DNA of 64,000 bases from Octopus sinensis (GCF_006345805.1 NC_043022.1:496001-560000), one strand, 5' to 3'; shown: positions 48,573 through 62,075, counted from the stretch's first letter. Made by a program: numbers and translations. The notes: generated from the letters alone by a model not told the origin.

Positions 48573-48953
48573 AAGAGAGGTGTGTGTGTGTGTGTGTGTG
48601 TAAAACTGTTTCCCGAAGTATGAAGACCTTTATTCAGTTTGAGGATGCCTTGTTAGAAACCAGCACGTTATGTGCATACGCATGCATGTACATACATGTA
48701 TGTATATCTGTGTATATATATATATATATATATAAGTTCAGCAAGATTTAGATTCAAATGAATATGGTACTTAAGTTAGATGCACCAGAATTTGGTATGG
48801 TGTTATCCATATCAACCAAATGGGATGATTATAATCAAAATAAGCAACAAGAATATCTCCGGTATTGGGGTCGATACATTCGACTAAAAATTCTTCAAGG
48901 CGGTGCCCCAGCATACCGGAGATATTCTTGTTGCCTATTTTGATTTTATAATT

Positions 48954-48986
<33 letters not shown>

Positions 48987-49309
48987 TATGTGTATGTAAA
49001 TTATATGTGTGTGTGTAAATACTATCAAACACTTAGTGTGATGTAACGAACAATGTAGTTTGCATTAATTGTGTAGCATGAAAGGGTTTTGCATCCTTGT
49101 TGAAGCCCTCATTCATCAGCAGCTTACAGCTGTTTCGGTTATAAGGTGCTGCACACTCAGAGATAAGTGCATATGCATCACTTTTTAGCTTCCTTTCTAC
49201 TATAGGCACAAAGCCTGAAATTTGGGGGATGGGGTTAATTTGGGGGATGGTACTTAAATTATCGACCCGAAATGATGATATATGTATGTACATATATACA
49301 TATATATAG

Positions 49310-49925
49310 TGACAACTGGTGTTGGTTTGTTTACGTCCCCGTAAGAGAGACCTGTAGAATAAGTACCGGGCTTTGAGGCTTTAAAAAAAGTAATGGGATA
49401 GATTTGTTCGGCTAAAACTCTTCAAGACGGTGCTCCAACATGGCCGCAGTACCATGTCTGAAATAAGTAAAAGATACGCACACACACACACACACACACG
49501 CATCTATGTATGTTTTAATGTTCAGTTATTCTTTTTTCTTTTTTTTTTATTCTTTTTACTTGTTTCAGTAATTTGACCGCGGCCATGCTGGAGTACCACC
49601 TTTAGTCGAATAAATCGACCTCTGGACTTATTCTTTGTAAGCCTAGCACTTACTCCATCGGTCACTTTTACCGAACTGCTAAGTTACGGGGATATAAACA
49701 CACCAGCATTGGTTGTCAAGCGATGGCAGTGGGACAAACACACACACAAATGTAGATAGATACGACGGGCTTCTTCCAGTTTCCATCTACCAAATCCACT
49801 GTCAAGTCTTTGGTCGGCCCGAGGCTATAGTTTAAGACACTTGCCCAAGATGCCACGCAGTGGAACTGAACCCGGACCCATATGATTAGGAAGCAAGCTT
49901 CTTACCACACAGCTACACCTGCGCC
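49310..49925. mobile_element. Two SINE family A copies tail-to-tail (49310-49475 +, 49545-49925 -)
   Basis: Same diagnostic blocks in opposite orientations. Confidence 0.8.
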
Positions 49926-50066
49926 TCGAATAAAAAGAATTTTATATTATTCTGGTGAGCCAGCTAAGCCATAGTCCAGCAAAGTCATCGGCCACTGTCG
50001 ACAGTCCGACGACGTTTTAGCTGGCCGAAACTTCGAAGTAACTGTGAAGAACATTCTTGTTTAAGA

Positions 50067-50106
<40 letters not shown>

Positions 50107-50109
<3 letters not shown>

Positions 50110-50400
50110 AAGCGCAATGGCCCAGTGGTTAGGGCAGCGTACTCGCTACTGCAGGATCGCGGTTTCGATTCCCAGACCGAGTGTTTATTGAGCGAAAACA
50201 CTTAAAGCCAAGCGAGGCTCCGGCAGGGGGTGGTGGCGGTCCCTGTTGTACTCTTTCGCCACAACTTTCTCTCACTCTTTCTTCTGTTGGGCCTGCTCGC
50301 TTAGCCAGCGGGGTGGCGTCCTTTGATGGCTAAAACAATGCGAAGCGCCTTGTGACCAGCGATGTGTAACAACATCTGATAGCCTGGTCGGTCACGGTGA
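50107..50400 (+). mobile_element. SINE family C (subtype 2 head, different tail)
   Basis: GGAAGCGCAATGGCCCAGTGGTTAGGG..GGTTTCGATTCCCAG. Confidence 0.75.
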
Positions 50401-51149
50401 TATATATATATATAGATTATATATATATATATGTGTGTGTGTGTGTATGTATGTGTATGTATGTATGAGGATATGTATACACACACACACACACACACCC
50501 ACACACACACACACAAAGCAAACAAAACGAAATATGTCGTAGATTCAGTACAGTCCTCGCAAACCAATTCCAGGCAAATATCTCAGATAAATCGAGTCGC
50601 AGACCCACAGCTGCCAACTGTAGATTCTATGAATAGCAAAATTGTGCCAGACTAATCAATGGTTTTTGCCTCGGCAGCGATTCTTCGGAGCAGTTCGTTC
50701 TTAGACCCAAAATCCATTCTGTTCTGCATACGATGATCGTATGATAACGTGTGCGTGTGTTTGTGTGGGTTCGTTGTTGTTGTTGGGGGGGGGGGGTTCA
50801 GGTTCGGGAAAACGTTTAACGGTATTTCTTCCAGCTTTTTAACGTTCTGAGTTCAAATTCTTCCGAAGCCGACTTTGCTTTCCGGATTTTCGAGATCGAT
50901 AAATTAGCACCAGTTGTGTGCTAGGGTGTTATCAACAATAATATCAATAATTCTTTGAAATTTAGCCTCTGCGAGCAGGGAGAAAATCGATTAATATCGA
51001 CTCCAGTACTTGACGAGTATTTATTTTATCGGTCCCCAAATGATGAAAGGCAAAGTTCACTTCGGCAGAATTCGAACTCAGAACGTAACGATTCGGAAGA
51101 AATGCTGCTAAGCATTTTGTCCGACTTACTCTTTTATTTGTGTCAGTCT

Positions 51150-51301
51150 CCGCCTTTAGTCGAACAAATCGACCACAGGACGTATTCTTTGTAAGCCTAG
51201 TACGTATTCTATCGGTCTCTTTTGCCGAACCGCTGAGTTACGGGGACGTCAACATACCAGCATCTGTGGCCAAGCGATGGTGGGGGACAAAGACAGGCAC
51301 A

Positions 51302-51346
<45 letters not shown>

Positions 51347-51510
51347 CGAAAGACTTCTTTCAGTTTCCATCTACCAAATCTACTCACAAGGCCTTGGTCG
51401 GCCCGAGGCTATAGTAGAAGACACTTGCCCAAGGTGCTACGCAGTGGGACTGAACCCGGAATCACGGGTTGGTAAGCAAGGTTCTTACCACACAGCCTCG
51501 CCTGCGCCTA
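51150..51510 (-). mobile_element. SINE family A, near full length
   Basis: Minus-strand head AGGCGCAGGCGAGGCTGTGTGGTAAG..GGGTTCAGTCCC. Confidence 0.85.
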
Positions 51511-51514
51511 TAAT

Positions 51515-52030
51515 GGATTCAAATTTTCGCACAAGATCAACAATTTTGAGGGAAAGAATGTCAATCAGTATCATTGATCCTAGTACTTGGACGATACTTT
51601 ATCTTATCGACCCAGAAAGAATAAAAAGCAAAGTCGACCTCGGCGGAATTTGAACTCAGAATGTAAAATGTCAAAAGAAACTCTGCTAAGCATTTCGTCC
51701 GACTTGCTGATAATAGATTCAGATCTTTGCACAAAGCCAGCAATTTTGAAGGAAAGAAGGAATAAAAAGTGAAGTCGACCTCAGCAGGATTTGAACTCAG
51801 AGCGTTAAGAGTTGGAGGAAATGCTGTTAAACCTTTTGTTCGACTTGTTAATAAGGGACTCAAATGTTGGCACCGACCCCATTATTTGGCTAGTGCTTTT
51901 TTTATTTTATCGACGCAGAAGGAATAAAAAGCAAAGATGACCACGGTGGAATTCGAACTCAAAACGTAACGATTGGGGAGAAATTACCACAAAGCAGTTT
52001 GTCGGAGACTCTAGCGACTCTACTAGTTCT
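51515..52030 (-). repeat. Cluster of about 3-4 SINE B fragments in tandem
   Basis: Repeated AAAGTCGACCTCGGCGGAATTTGAACTCAG..CTAAGCATTT..GTCCGACT. Confidence 0.7.
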
Positions 52031-52433
52031 AATATTAAACGTTCGCACAATCTCCCAGCTCCGTAACGAGAGCAATAATAACCATTATTATTGCTAGCGT
52101 AGATTGTAGTGATAAGGCATGCTTCTGAGAGAAGCAGAACACCAGAGACTGGAAGGTGAGCGATAGCGTGGAGTTGGTTTGATCGACCCGGGTAGCTCGA
52201 GTTTGTTTACCTTGTTTTCGTTAACACTTGTGTTGCAGCATGGAAGATAACATCAACTTCAGGTGGATAGGAAATCGGTGCGTGGTCTGCTGTGTACGCA
52301 TGCACACACACCGACACACACACACACTGACACACACACACACACTATTCACTAACAAACACACAGATACACATCATCATTTATGCCTACGTATATATAC
52401 ATATTTATAAATGTTTATGTAGATAGATAGATG

Positions 52434-52439
<6 letters not shown>

Positions 52440-52466
<27 letters not shown>

Positions 52467-52900
52467 GTATATGTATGTATATAAATGTATATATATGTAT
52501 GTATATAAATGTATATACATATATGTATGTATGTATATAAATGTATATATATGTGTGTATATATGTATACATATATGTATGTGTGTATATAAATGTATAT
52601 ACATATATGTATGTATATAAATGTATATACATATATGTATGTATGTATATAAATGTATATACATATATGTATGTATGTATATAAATGTATATACATATAT
52701 GTATGTATGTATATAAATGTATATACATATATATATATGTGTGTATATATGTATACATATATGTATGTATGTATATAAATGTATATACATATATATATAT
52801 GTGTGTATATATGTATACATATATGTATGTATGTATATAAATGTATATACATATATATATATGTGTGTATATATGTATACATATATGTGTGTATGTATAT
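52440..52900. repeat. ~32-bp minisatellite built from AT/GT microsatellite pieces
   Basis: GTATATAAATGTATATACATATATGTATGTAT repeated many times. Confidence 0.85.
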
Positions 52901-53093
52901 AAATGTGTATATATATATATGAGTGAGTGTGCACAGGTGCATATCCAGATATATGTACTTATATACATAATGTGTATATATAAAACCTATATATGTATGT
53001 ATGTGAGTGTGTGTACCAATATATATATATATATTTATACACACACACACCCTTAAACCCACCCACCAACACACACACACACACATACATATA

Positions 53094-53131
<38 letters not shown>

Positions 53132-53832
53132 TTTTGATTGAGTCAGGCTCTTGCTGTTCTAATCTTCACCTGTATGGACACAGGACTCACAACCCGCCTA
53201 AAACTCTTCCAACCCTCCAGGTGAAACTCAGAGTAGCAAGAGAGTGACTCCACCAAAATAAAATTCCATTAAGCTCTACCATGTTATTGAGCACTCCTTT
53301 TTTTTTATCTAAACGGATAAATACTATATCTATGTATGTATGTATGTATGTATGTACTATATTGTATTGTATTATATTCTGTGTATATAAGTACTATATA
53401 TACACGTATAATGGATATTTGAGATCTCGATAGGACTACAATCCCGTTTCTCACTCCTGTTGGATTTACTTGGATGCAGACTCCAACAAATAGATAGATA
53501 GATAGATAGATGAGTATGTACGTAAGTGTGTCAGTTTTTATTCGCAGTGTATGTGCGTGTGTGTCTGGGTCTGTGTGTTATCACTCCGTTTTCCTTCAGT
53601 GCCGGAATAAACGAACGCCAAATCCGTTATTCAACCAATCGTGTTCGTTAGCTGCTACTACGTTTCACGAAGTCGTCTCTATTGATTGCTGCTTTTACCA
53701 AATTCTATCGACGTCGTACTTACTCTATTAATTCTTCAGACGTTGCCATCGTTTTTTCTTCCTTCGTTCTTCCACCGAAATGTTGTCTGCGTTTCTTTAC
53801 TATTTCTACCTTCTTACACGTCTGTCTCTCTG

Positions 53833-53916
<84 letters not shown>

Positions 53917-55367
53917 CTATCTACCTATCTATCTATCAATCCATCTATCAATATGTCTATCTATCAATCCATCTATCAATATGTCTATCTATCAATCCAT
54001 CTATCAATATGTCTATCCATCTGTCTATCTATCTATTTATCCACCTACCTAACAGTCTATATATATGTATATATATATATATCTATCTAACTATCTATTT
54101 ATCTGTCTATAAGTCTATCCATCTATCGATCGATCTATTTATCGATCTATCTATTTATTTGTCTATCTATTTATCTATCTATCTACCTGTGTGTGTATGT
54201 ATGTATATATTGCTATTTGCATATCTTTCTACATAGCTATCTATCTATCTGCCTACCTGTCTATCTGTATATTTATCTCAATTTACCTATCTATTTATCT
54301 TTGTACCTGTCTGCCTATTTGTCTGTCTGTCTGTCTGTCTATTTAGCAAATGTATACTTTTATACGTTCGGATTGACCAATGCGTAGTGAGTGCAATTTT
54401 GTAGACGAAAAATGTACGGAAGCCTGTGTCACACACACACATGTTTATATAAGTACACACATTTTCATACGCGCAGGCCTCAGTGTGTGTGTGTGTGTGT
54501 ATTGACATTTGTTTGACCTGAGATTCGACAAATTGAGAACCGATATAAAAAGTCACCATGCTTTAAAGCAAAAGCTGCGTTTAACATGGTCGACGACTAA
54601 ACCACAGGGGGCGGTGCCTCCCCGTGTCTACAATCCAATGACGGATAGCAGTAAAAGAATATAAATATTGAAGAATATCTACATGAATATGGATGTGCAT
54701 GCGTTATTGTCTGTGTCTCAAATCAAAAGACGTTTCTTTTCTTTATAATCTATATCTGTTTGTTCTTATTTTTCGCGTGAGCTTTAGGTCTTCGTTCGAT
54801 GTCTTTTCTGTCGCAAGATTTGTCTTTGTTCTATGTTTTAACCCGATTGCTTTTCAGATGTGCGATAACAGAGATTTTCCAAGCGCCGAAATCATACTGA
54901 CTCTGGATAGAAGTCGGCTGATGAAGCAGATTTAGCCATGCATGTTTCATATATTTTTTTTCTCCTTTCCGTTAATTTCTGTACACGTCCTCTCCCATCA
55001 TACATACAACACACACATACACACATATATGCGCACACTCACAGACAAACACTCATATAATATATATATATATAATATATATATATAATTAATTAATAAG
55101 GGTGAGAGAATTAGATACTAATTTAATAGTATATTTATTCAACCCCAAGTGGCCTAGTGCTACGAGAAACCTGGATTATTATAATATTTTATAACATATT
55201 ATAATATTTTTACAAATAAATATAAGAGAGTGGTCACTATATTGCTCACTCTAGCACCATTAATCCAAACGTTTTCAACCACAAAATACATGATTCCCAT
55301 GAAAGCCAGTACGACTGTTAGCTCACACGGACAGGGCAAGTTAAAAAATACAAAAATACAGATTATT

Positions 55368-55439
55368 TTGGGACAATTGTTTCGCTATTAGAATTAAATG
55401 TAATATTACTACAAAAACCATTTGTAGCTCGTCAGCCAA
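55368..55439 (-). ncRNA. Type I hammerhead ribozyme (inverted copy)
   Basis: Minus strand TTGG-CTGACGA-GCTA..TAGC-GAAACAATTGTC-CCAA. Confidence 0.8.
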
Positions 55440-55794
55440 GACTATCTGGATGAAATCCACTCAATCACAACGCCAGATTTTACCATAACGATAAATACGC
55501 GTGTGGTTCAATTGATTACATCCGACGTTATAATTCAAATGCCCCAACCCACAGCGCGCCAAACTTTCAAACTTTCACGAAAACAAATACAGCATTTAGA
55601 AATAAATGCAGCATAATTATAATTAATTAATAAGGGTGAGAGAATTAGATACTCTAATTTTAATAGTATATTTATTCAACACCAAGTGGCCTAGTGCTAC
55701 GAGAAACCTGGATTATTGTAATCAATTGAACCACACGCGTATTTATCGTTATGGTAAATCTGCGTGTGATTGAGTGGATTTCATCCAGATAGTC

Positions 55795-55871
55795 GTGGCT
55801 GACGAGCTACAAATGGATTTTTTTGTAAGTAATATTACATTAATTCATTAATAGCGAAACAATTGTCCCAA
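55795..55871 (+). ncRNA. Type I hammerhead ribozyme (plus copy 1)
   Basis: GTGG-CTGACGA(55799)-GCTA..TAGC-GAAA(55856)-CAATTGTC(55867)-CCAA; one stem I mismatch. Confidence 0.75.
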
Positions 55872-56324
55872 AATAATCTGTATTTTGTTATTTTTTACTT
55901 GCCCTGTCCGTGTGAGCTAACAGTCGTACTGGCTTTCATGGGAATCATGTATTTTCGTGGTTGAAACCGTTTGGATTACTGGTGCTAGAGTGAGCAATAT
56001 AGTGACCACTCTCTTATATTTATTTTGTAAAAATATTATAATATGTTTTAAAAATATTATAATATCCAGGTTTCCGTAGCACTAGGCCACTTGGTGTTGA
56101 ATAAATATACTATTAAATTAGTATCTAATCTCTCACCCTTATTAATTAATTATAATTATGCTCATTTATTTCTAATGCTGTATTTGTTTTCCGTGAAAGA
56201 GTTTGGCGCGCTGTTGGTTGGGGCATTTGAATTATAACGTCGGATGTAATCAATTGAACCACACGCGTATTTATCGTTATGGTAAAATCTGGCGTGTGAT
56301 TGAGTGGATTTCATCCAGATAGTC

Positions 56325-56402
56325 TTGGCTGACGAGCTACAAATGGATTTTTTTGTAAGTAATATTACATTTAATTCATTAATAGCGAAACAATTGTCCC
56401 AA
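56325..56402 (+). ncRNA. Type I hammerhead ribozyme (plus copy 2)
   Basis: TTGG-CTGACGA(56329)-GCTA..TAGC-GAAA-CAATTGTC(56398)-CCAA. Confidence 0.82.
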
Positions 56403-56857
56403 AATAATCTGTATTTTTGTTATTTTTTACTTGCCCTGTCCGTGTGAGCTAACAGTCGTACTGGCTTTCATGGGAATCATGTATTTTCGTGGTTGAAACC
56501 GTTTGGATTAACTGGTGCCTGAGTGAGCAATATAGTGACCACTCTCTTATATTTATTTTGTAAAAATATTATAATATGTTATAAAATATTATAATAATCC
56601 AGGTTTCTCGTAGCACTAGGCCACTTGGTGTTGAATAAATATACTATTAAATTAGTAATAATTCTCTCACCTTATTAATTAATTATAATTATGCTGCATT
56701 TATTTCTAAATGCTGTATTTGTTTTCCGTGAAAGTTTGGCGCGCTGTTGGTTGGGGCATTTGAATTATAACGTCGGATGTAATCAATTGAACCACACGCG
56801 TATCTATCGTTATGGTAAAATCTGGCGTGTGATTGATTGGATTTCATCCAGATAGTC

Positions 56858-56935
56858 TTGGCTGACGAGCTACAAATGGATTTTTTTGTAAGTAATATTA
56901 CATTTAATTCATTAATAGCGAAACAATTGTCCCAA
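56858..56935 (+). ncRNA. Type I hammerhead ribozyme (plus copy 3)
   Basis: TTGG-CTGACGA(56862)-GCTA..TAGC-GAAA-CAATTGTC(56931)-CCAA. Confidence 0.82.
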
Positions 56936-57089
56936 AATAATCTGTATTTTTTTGTATTTTTTTACTTGCCCTGTCCGTGTGAGCTAACAGTCGTACTGGC
57001 TTTCATGGGAATCATGTATTTTCGTGGTTGAAACCGTTTGGATTAATGGTGCTAGAGTGAGCAATATAGTGACCACTCTCTTATATTTA

Positions 57090-57195
<106 letters not shown>

Positions 57196-57213
57196 CATGT
57201 ATATCATATATGT

Positions 57214-57595
57214 GTGGAGGCGCAATGGCCCAGTGGTTAGGGCAGCGGACTCGCGGTCTTAGGATCGCGGTTCTGATTCCCAGACCGGTTGTTGTGAGTG
57301 TTTATTGAGCGAAAACACCTAAAGCTCCACGATGCTCCGTCAGGGTTGCTGGTGAACCCTGCTGTACTCTTTCACCACAACTTCCTCTTACTCTCTCTTC
57401 CTGTTTCTCTTGTACCTGTATTTCAAAGGGCCAGCTTTGTCATACTCCGTGTCACGTTGAATCTCCCCGAGAACTACGTTAAGGGTACACGTGTCTGTGG
57501 AGCGCTCAGCTACTTGCACGTTAATTTCACGAGCTGGCTGTTCCGTTGATCGGATCAACTGGAACACTCGTTATCGTAACCGACGGAGTGCCATT
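57214..57595 (+). mobile_element. SINE family C (subtype 2), full length
   Basis: GGAGGCGCAATGGCCCAGTGGTTAGGG A box, GGTTCTGATTCC B-box-like, tail GATCAACTGGAACACTCGT..GACGGAGTGCCA. Confidence 0.85.
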
Positions 57596-58384
57596 AAATA
57601 TTATATATGTATATACGTATTTATATATGTACGTACGTATGTTTGTATGCATATATGTATGTACGTATGTATGTATGTATGTACGTCAGGTCACTTTCGA
57701 GTGCTACTTGTAACATGTAACCCAGTACAACCCGTTGCATGGTCGGGCAGTCGGCGACTAAACCAGCAACCCCACCAAACTTGCTTGGTGAGGAGGGTGT
57801 TTATTGGACACCATACGGGATGAAAAACAAAATCTGTCAAAGGGCAGAGGAACTTTTGAGAGTCAACGGCCATCCAATAAATGTGTTGTTTTTTTTCTTC
57901 TTAAGGCTTTAGGCTGTATCAGGCGCGGGGACATAGAAATAATCGGACTGAATACCCGATCGCGCGGTTAAACCATTGGGAATGAAGGACTCAAGGTAAC
58001 TCAGGTATCTAGGATAACTCCGACCCAAATCTGCGGCTCAGTGGTTACCGATGATGTTGACTTGTTCTTCTTTTCGGATTATGGCTGCTGTTGCTTAGTG
58101 AGTGGGATTGACTCAGTGCACAGCCTTTCCTCACTTTAAAAAAAATATTCTTGCACAGGCATTGCACGATAACAACATTGTTCATAATTGTTGATATTTC
58201 TGTGAATGGCTGGGTGTAGCCTTAAAAAGCAAATAAAAGTCACATTCGATCACAGCACCAACAGCAGTTAAGCTTCGTGCAATGGCCATACTCGATAACG
58301 AGGGGGCAGCCATCATGTATGATGAACTCTCCTTCCTGTCATAGACGATAGACGAGGGTTCTGCAAGAAATCACAAAACGATCT

Positions 58385-58628
58385 GCAGAGAAGATTCGGT
58401 TATAGCGATCAAATGTTTGCGACTGCACATTCGCACACTCTCTCCATCAAATCGATATTGCTTGCCTGAACAGGTGCACGGTATGCCACACGTCAGATGT
58501 CGAAATGGTCGCAGAGCGGCGTGGAACGAAATCTTTTGTTCAAGAACACGACGCAGCGCCCGATCCGAGAATCGAAACCATGTTCTTGCAATTGCGAGTG
58601 CAACGCCCTAACTACTCGGCCACACGCC
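58385..58628 (-). mobile_element. SINE family C (subtype 1)
   Basis: Minus-strand head AAGGCGTGTGGCCGAGTAGTTAGGG..GGTTTCGATTCTCGG. Confidence 0.7.
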
Positions 58629-59097
58629 TTCATCATAAATGTGTATGTGTGTGAGAGAGAGAGTAAAAGGAATGGGAGAGGAAGTTGAGTACTACAGGTG
58701 TTTCAAACGTACAGTAGATGCCTCTTACGTAACATTCCGAATATCTCATACCCCCTGGTGTACTTTTCCATCAAGGAATACGCTATTCAATTGAATGAAG
58801 TCTACCTTAATGGAGAACTCAAAACGAAAGTCAGTCGAGCAACAAACAAACAAAAAAAAAAGTTGGAGGAGAGAATGAAATCGGTAAAGAAGAATGTTAT
58901 TCGCTACTAACTGATTAGGGGATAAAAACAGGGAAGAGGAAAGAGGGGGGGAAAGGAAAAAGAAATAGGGAAGGAAATGGACAGAGTAATAGGTTAGTTG
59001 TATGTACACACACACTTGGATACACCAGTACACACACACACACAAGAAAGAAGGAAAATACGTGCACTTTTCACAAAAAGCATGTGTGTATGTGTTT

Positions 59098-59502
59098 GTG
59101 TGTGTGTATAGCTGTGTGGAAAGAAGCTTACTTCCTAACCGCATGATCTCGGGTTCAGTCCCACTACGAGGGCAAGTGTCTTCTACTATAGCCTCAGGCT
59201 GCCCAAAGTCTTGTGAGTGGATTTAGCAGACAGAAACTGAAAGAACCTCGTCCTCTCCGTGTGTGTGTGTGTGTGTGTGTATGTGTGTGTGTGTGTACGC
59301 GCGCGCGCCTGTGTTAGTCCCCCACCACCACCGCTTGACGATTGGTGTTGGTATGTTTACATCCCCGTAACTTAGCAGTTCGCCAAAAGAGATCAATTGA
59401 TTGAGTACCGGGCATTAAAAAATATCCTGGGTCTTGATTCATTCGACTAAAACTTATTCATCTAACCGGTGCCCCAGCCTTGCCGCAGTCTAATGACTGA
59501 AG
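59098..59502 (+). mobile_element. SINE family A, full length
   Basis: TAGCTGTGTGG..GGGTTCAGTCCC..GGGCAAGTGTCTTCTACTATAGCC, (GT)n, tail CGGTGCCCCAGCCTTGCCGCAGTCTAATGACTGAA. Confidence 0.85.
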
Positions 59503-61034
59503 CAGTCCACCAAGGTCGACTTTGTCTTCCTTCCTTCCGAGTTCCATAAAATAAGTACCAGTTGATCCCCGAACTTGTTGACTTCGTACCGAAATTTGAA
59601 ACCAATTTTAGATCTGAAAAGGATACTCTTTCTGGTCGCTCCACGATTCATTTCTGAGATGTTTTGGGATGCATCATCAGTGATGTTTTAGGGGTCTTAA
59701 GGGATTTCGGGTCTTTCAATATCAGACCTACCTCACCCAGTTGATTCAGTCCAATCCAGGTTCAGCAAATCACTTGTTGGTCCACTTTTATCCGAAGCCA
59801 ATTAATGATTTTCTTGGCAGCTTCGGTGATGAAATGCATGCGCACTCCCACGCACCCCCACTTCTCTGACACAGTAAAGAGTTATGAGGTGAGATATATA
59901 AGTGTTAACGTTAGATTTGAAGTTGATACTTATTAGATCAATTATTAATTAAAATGAAAAGTTCATTGAACTCTGGAGGCGGTTCGAGAATACATCGTGG
60001 AAGCACCCGTCTATTAACACATCATAAACTAAATGTAGGATTCGTTGTGTCTTCTGCTGTTGCTACTATTGTTGTTGTTATTGTTTTCAGTCGCTATATT
60101 CCGGGTAGATCGAGTATTTCAGACCTGATAATCTGTCGGATTATCGATAAAGGAAACCCCAGTGTTTAAAACCAGATCAAACTGAAATTAAATCAACCAA
60201 TCAGAATAAAGATTTCTCGTCACTTCGGTCTTAATTCGTTTACAAATGTCTGCTCGGATAAATGGAGGGGTTCTTTAGGATTATTTATCTGATTTGTATT
60301 TTTGTTTTGTTTTTGTTATTTACTTTACCATAAAGTGGGGCTTAGTGGTTAGGGTATTCTACTCATGTTCGTAAAATCATGAGTTCGATTCCCATTGGCG
60401 CATTGTGTCCTTGAACCCTAGGTTTCAGTACAGCAGAATCAGTTAATTATGATTTTATTCAAGATTTTTTCGGCAGCCCCTCCTAGTTTCTATGTCGACG
60501 AGTTCATAGACTTGTCTCTTGTTTTGAAACAATTCTCCTATTCTATTCGTTTCCTTTTCTTCTTTTATTTTTGGCGACCATGGCTTCTTTTTCTTCCCTT
60601 ATTCGAAGAAATATGCTTACACTAACAATTCTTCGTTCAGTTTCCTGTCTCTTGCGATGTTTGAACTGGAATTAAACGCGTTCTTATTTTAGCCATTCCT
60701 CTTTGTTATTTCCCCGGTTTTAGATTATTTCTTCCAGACTCCATAAGCTACGACGCCTAAGTTTCCATTCGCTAAAACGTCACCGACATAAATATATAGG
60801 CACATATACATATACGTACATATATATGCATATATGTATATGTGTGTGTGTGTGTATGTATGTGTGTGATACTTTTTTCAGTGAATGACATTACTATTTT
60901 TTTCCTTTTATTAGGTCACGTACTATTTGTTTATTATCGCTATTACACTATTACATATAAAACAATTGTGAAGTTTCTACAATTACTATTAATAACAACA
61001 ACAACAACAATAATAATAATATTGCTATTATTGT

Positions 61035-61232
61035 TCTTATTATTAGCACAGTAAGCAAAATGCTTAGCTGCATTTCGTCTGTCTTTACGTTCCAAGTTCA
61101 ATGTCCGCCGAGGACGACTGTGCATTTCAGCGTTTCGGGGTTTAGAAATTAGGTATCATTTGAACACTAAGGCCAATGTGACTGACTTACCCACTCCCTC
61201 CAAACTGCTGGCGTTGTGCCAAAATTTGAAGC
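61035..61232 (+). mobile_element. SINE family B with alternative tail 3
   Basis: B body plus tail CAAACTGCTGGCGTTGTGCCAAAATTTGAAGCC; this tail also at about 43770-43815 (minus). Confidence 0.65.
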
Positions 61233-61240
61233 CATCATCA

Positions 61241-61280
<40 letters not shown>

Positions 61281-61281
<1 letters not shown>

Positions 61282-61786
61282 GAGTGAGAGAGCAATGCAT
61301 GCCATCAAAGTGACTCTGGGGTACAAATATACGAAGCCCAGTATCCCCATCATGACTTCCCATCTGATAAGGGTACACCAGGCACATGCATCACAACCAT
61401 ATGTGCGCGACATGGTGATCTCATATCAAGATAAACAGCACATGACCTTGCAGGTGGGACCAGTTAGAATTTTCTTCATGTCAAGAAGCCCATCTTGCTC
61501 AAAAGGTCCCTGAATAAGGGTTGCTTTAGGATGATGAACGAAACACCCATGTTTCCAGAGGTGAATTATTTAAACCCCAAAGAATTATTCTCAACACATG
61601 GCTATGATGCTCTCCCACTACTTCTGCTCGTGATCAGAGATGCACATATCGTCAGCCAGTAAGGGACATGCTCAACTGGTTAAGGTCAAACAACTGACGA
61701 GCAAATCTGTGGTATTGAGTAGAATATTTGCTGTAGCCCATCTTTTATACCAAGACAAAACAATGTACATGATAACACTTCCAATC
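61281..61786 (+). mobile_element. ~510-bp interspersed element flanked by (ATT)n (class unknown)
   Basis: TGAGTGAGAGAGCA..CACTTCCAATC; second copy at 40871-41428. Confidence 0.75.
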
Positions 61787-61793
61787 ATTGTTG

Positions 61794-61839
<46 letters not shown>

Positions 61840-62075
61840 CAAGGCGGCGAGCTGGTAGAGTCGTTAGCAGGCGCGGGCGAAATGCTTAGCGGTATTTCGT
61901 CTGTCTTTACGTTCTGAGTTCAAATTCCGCCATGGTCGACTTTGCTTTCATCCTTTCGGGTTCGATAAATTAAGTGTCAGTTGCGTAGTGGGGTCGATCT
62001 AATCGACTGGCCCCCTCCCCCAAAATTTCAGGCCTTGTGCCTATTGTAGAAAGGATTATTATTATTATTATTGTT
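61840..62075 (+). mobile_element. SINE family B, full length, with alternative tail 2
   Basis: AAGGCGGCGAGCTGGTAGAGTCGTTAGC head; tail CCCCCAAAATTTCAGGCCTTGTGCCTATTGTAGAAAGG(ATT)n. Confidence 0.85.

Noticed and set aside
50000-50045. CCGACGA..CCGAAACTTC hammerhead-like string
   Set aside because: The core (CCGACGA), stem II and cleavage triplet are all mismatched; too degenerate to call
601-54560. Dozens of ORFs rich in YI, HT, CV, LS or RE dipeptides (e.g. 1414-1932, 19973-20782, 32837-33721, 52415-53131)
   Set aside because: They are translations of (AT)n, (CA)n, (ATCT)n and (GA)n microsatellites that lack stop codons; there is no protein signal
57214-57290. tRNA-like sequences with A and B boxes (also 50107, 60335, 62254)
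   Set aside because: They are SINE heads: no complete cloverleaf or acceptor stem, and they continue into SINE bodies
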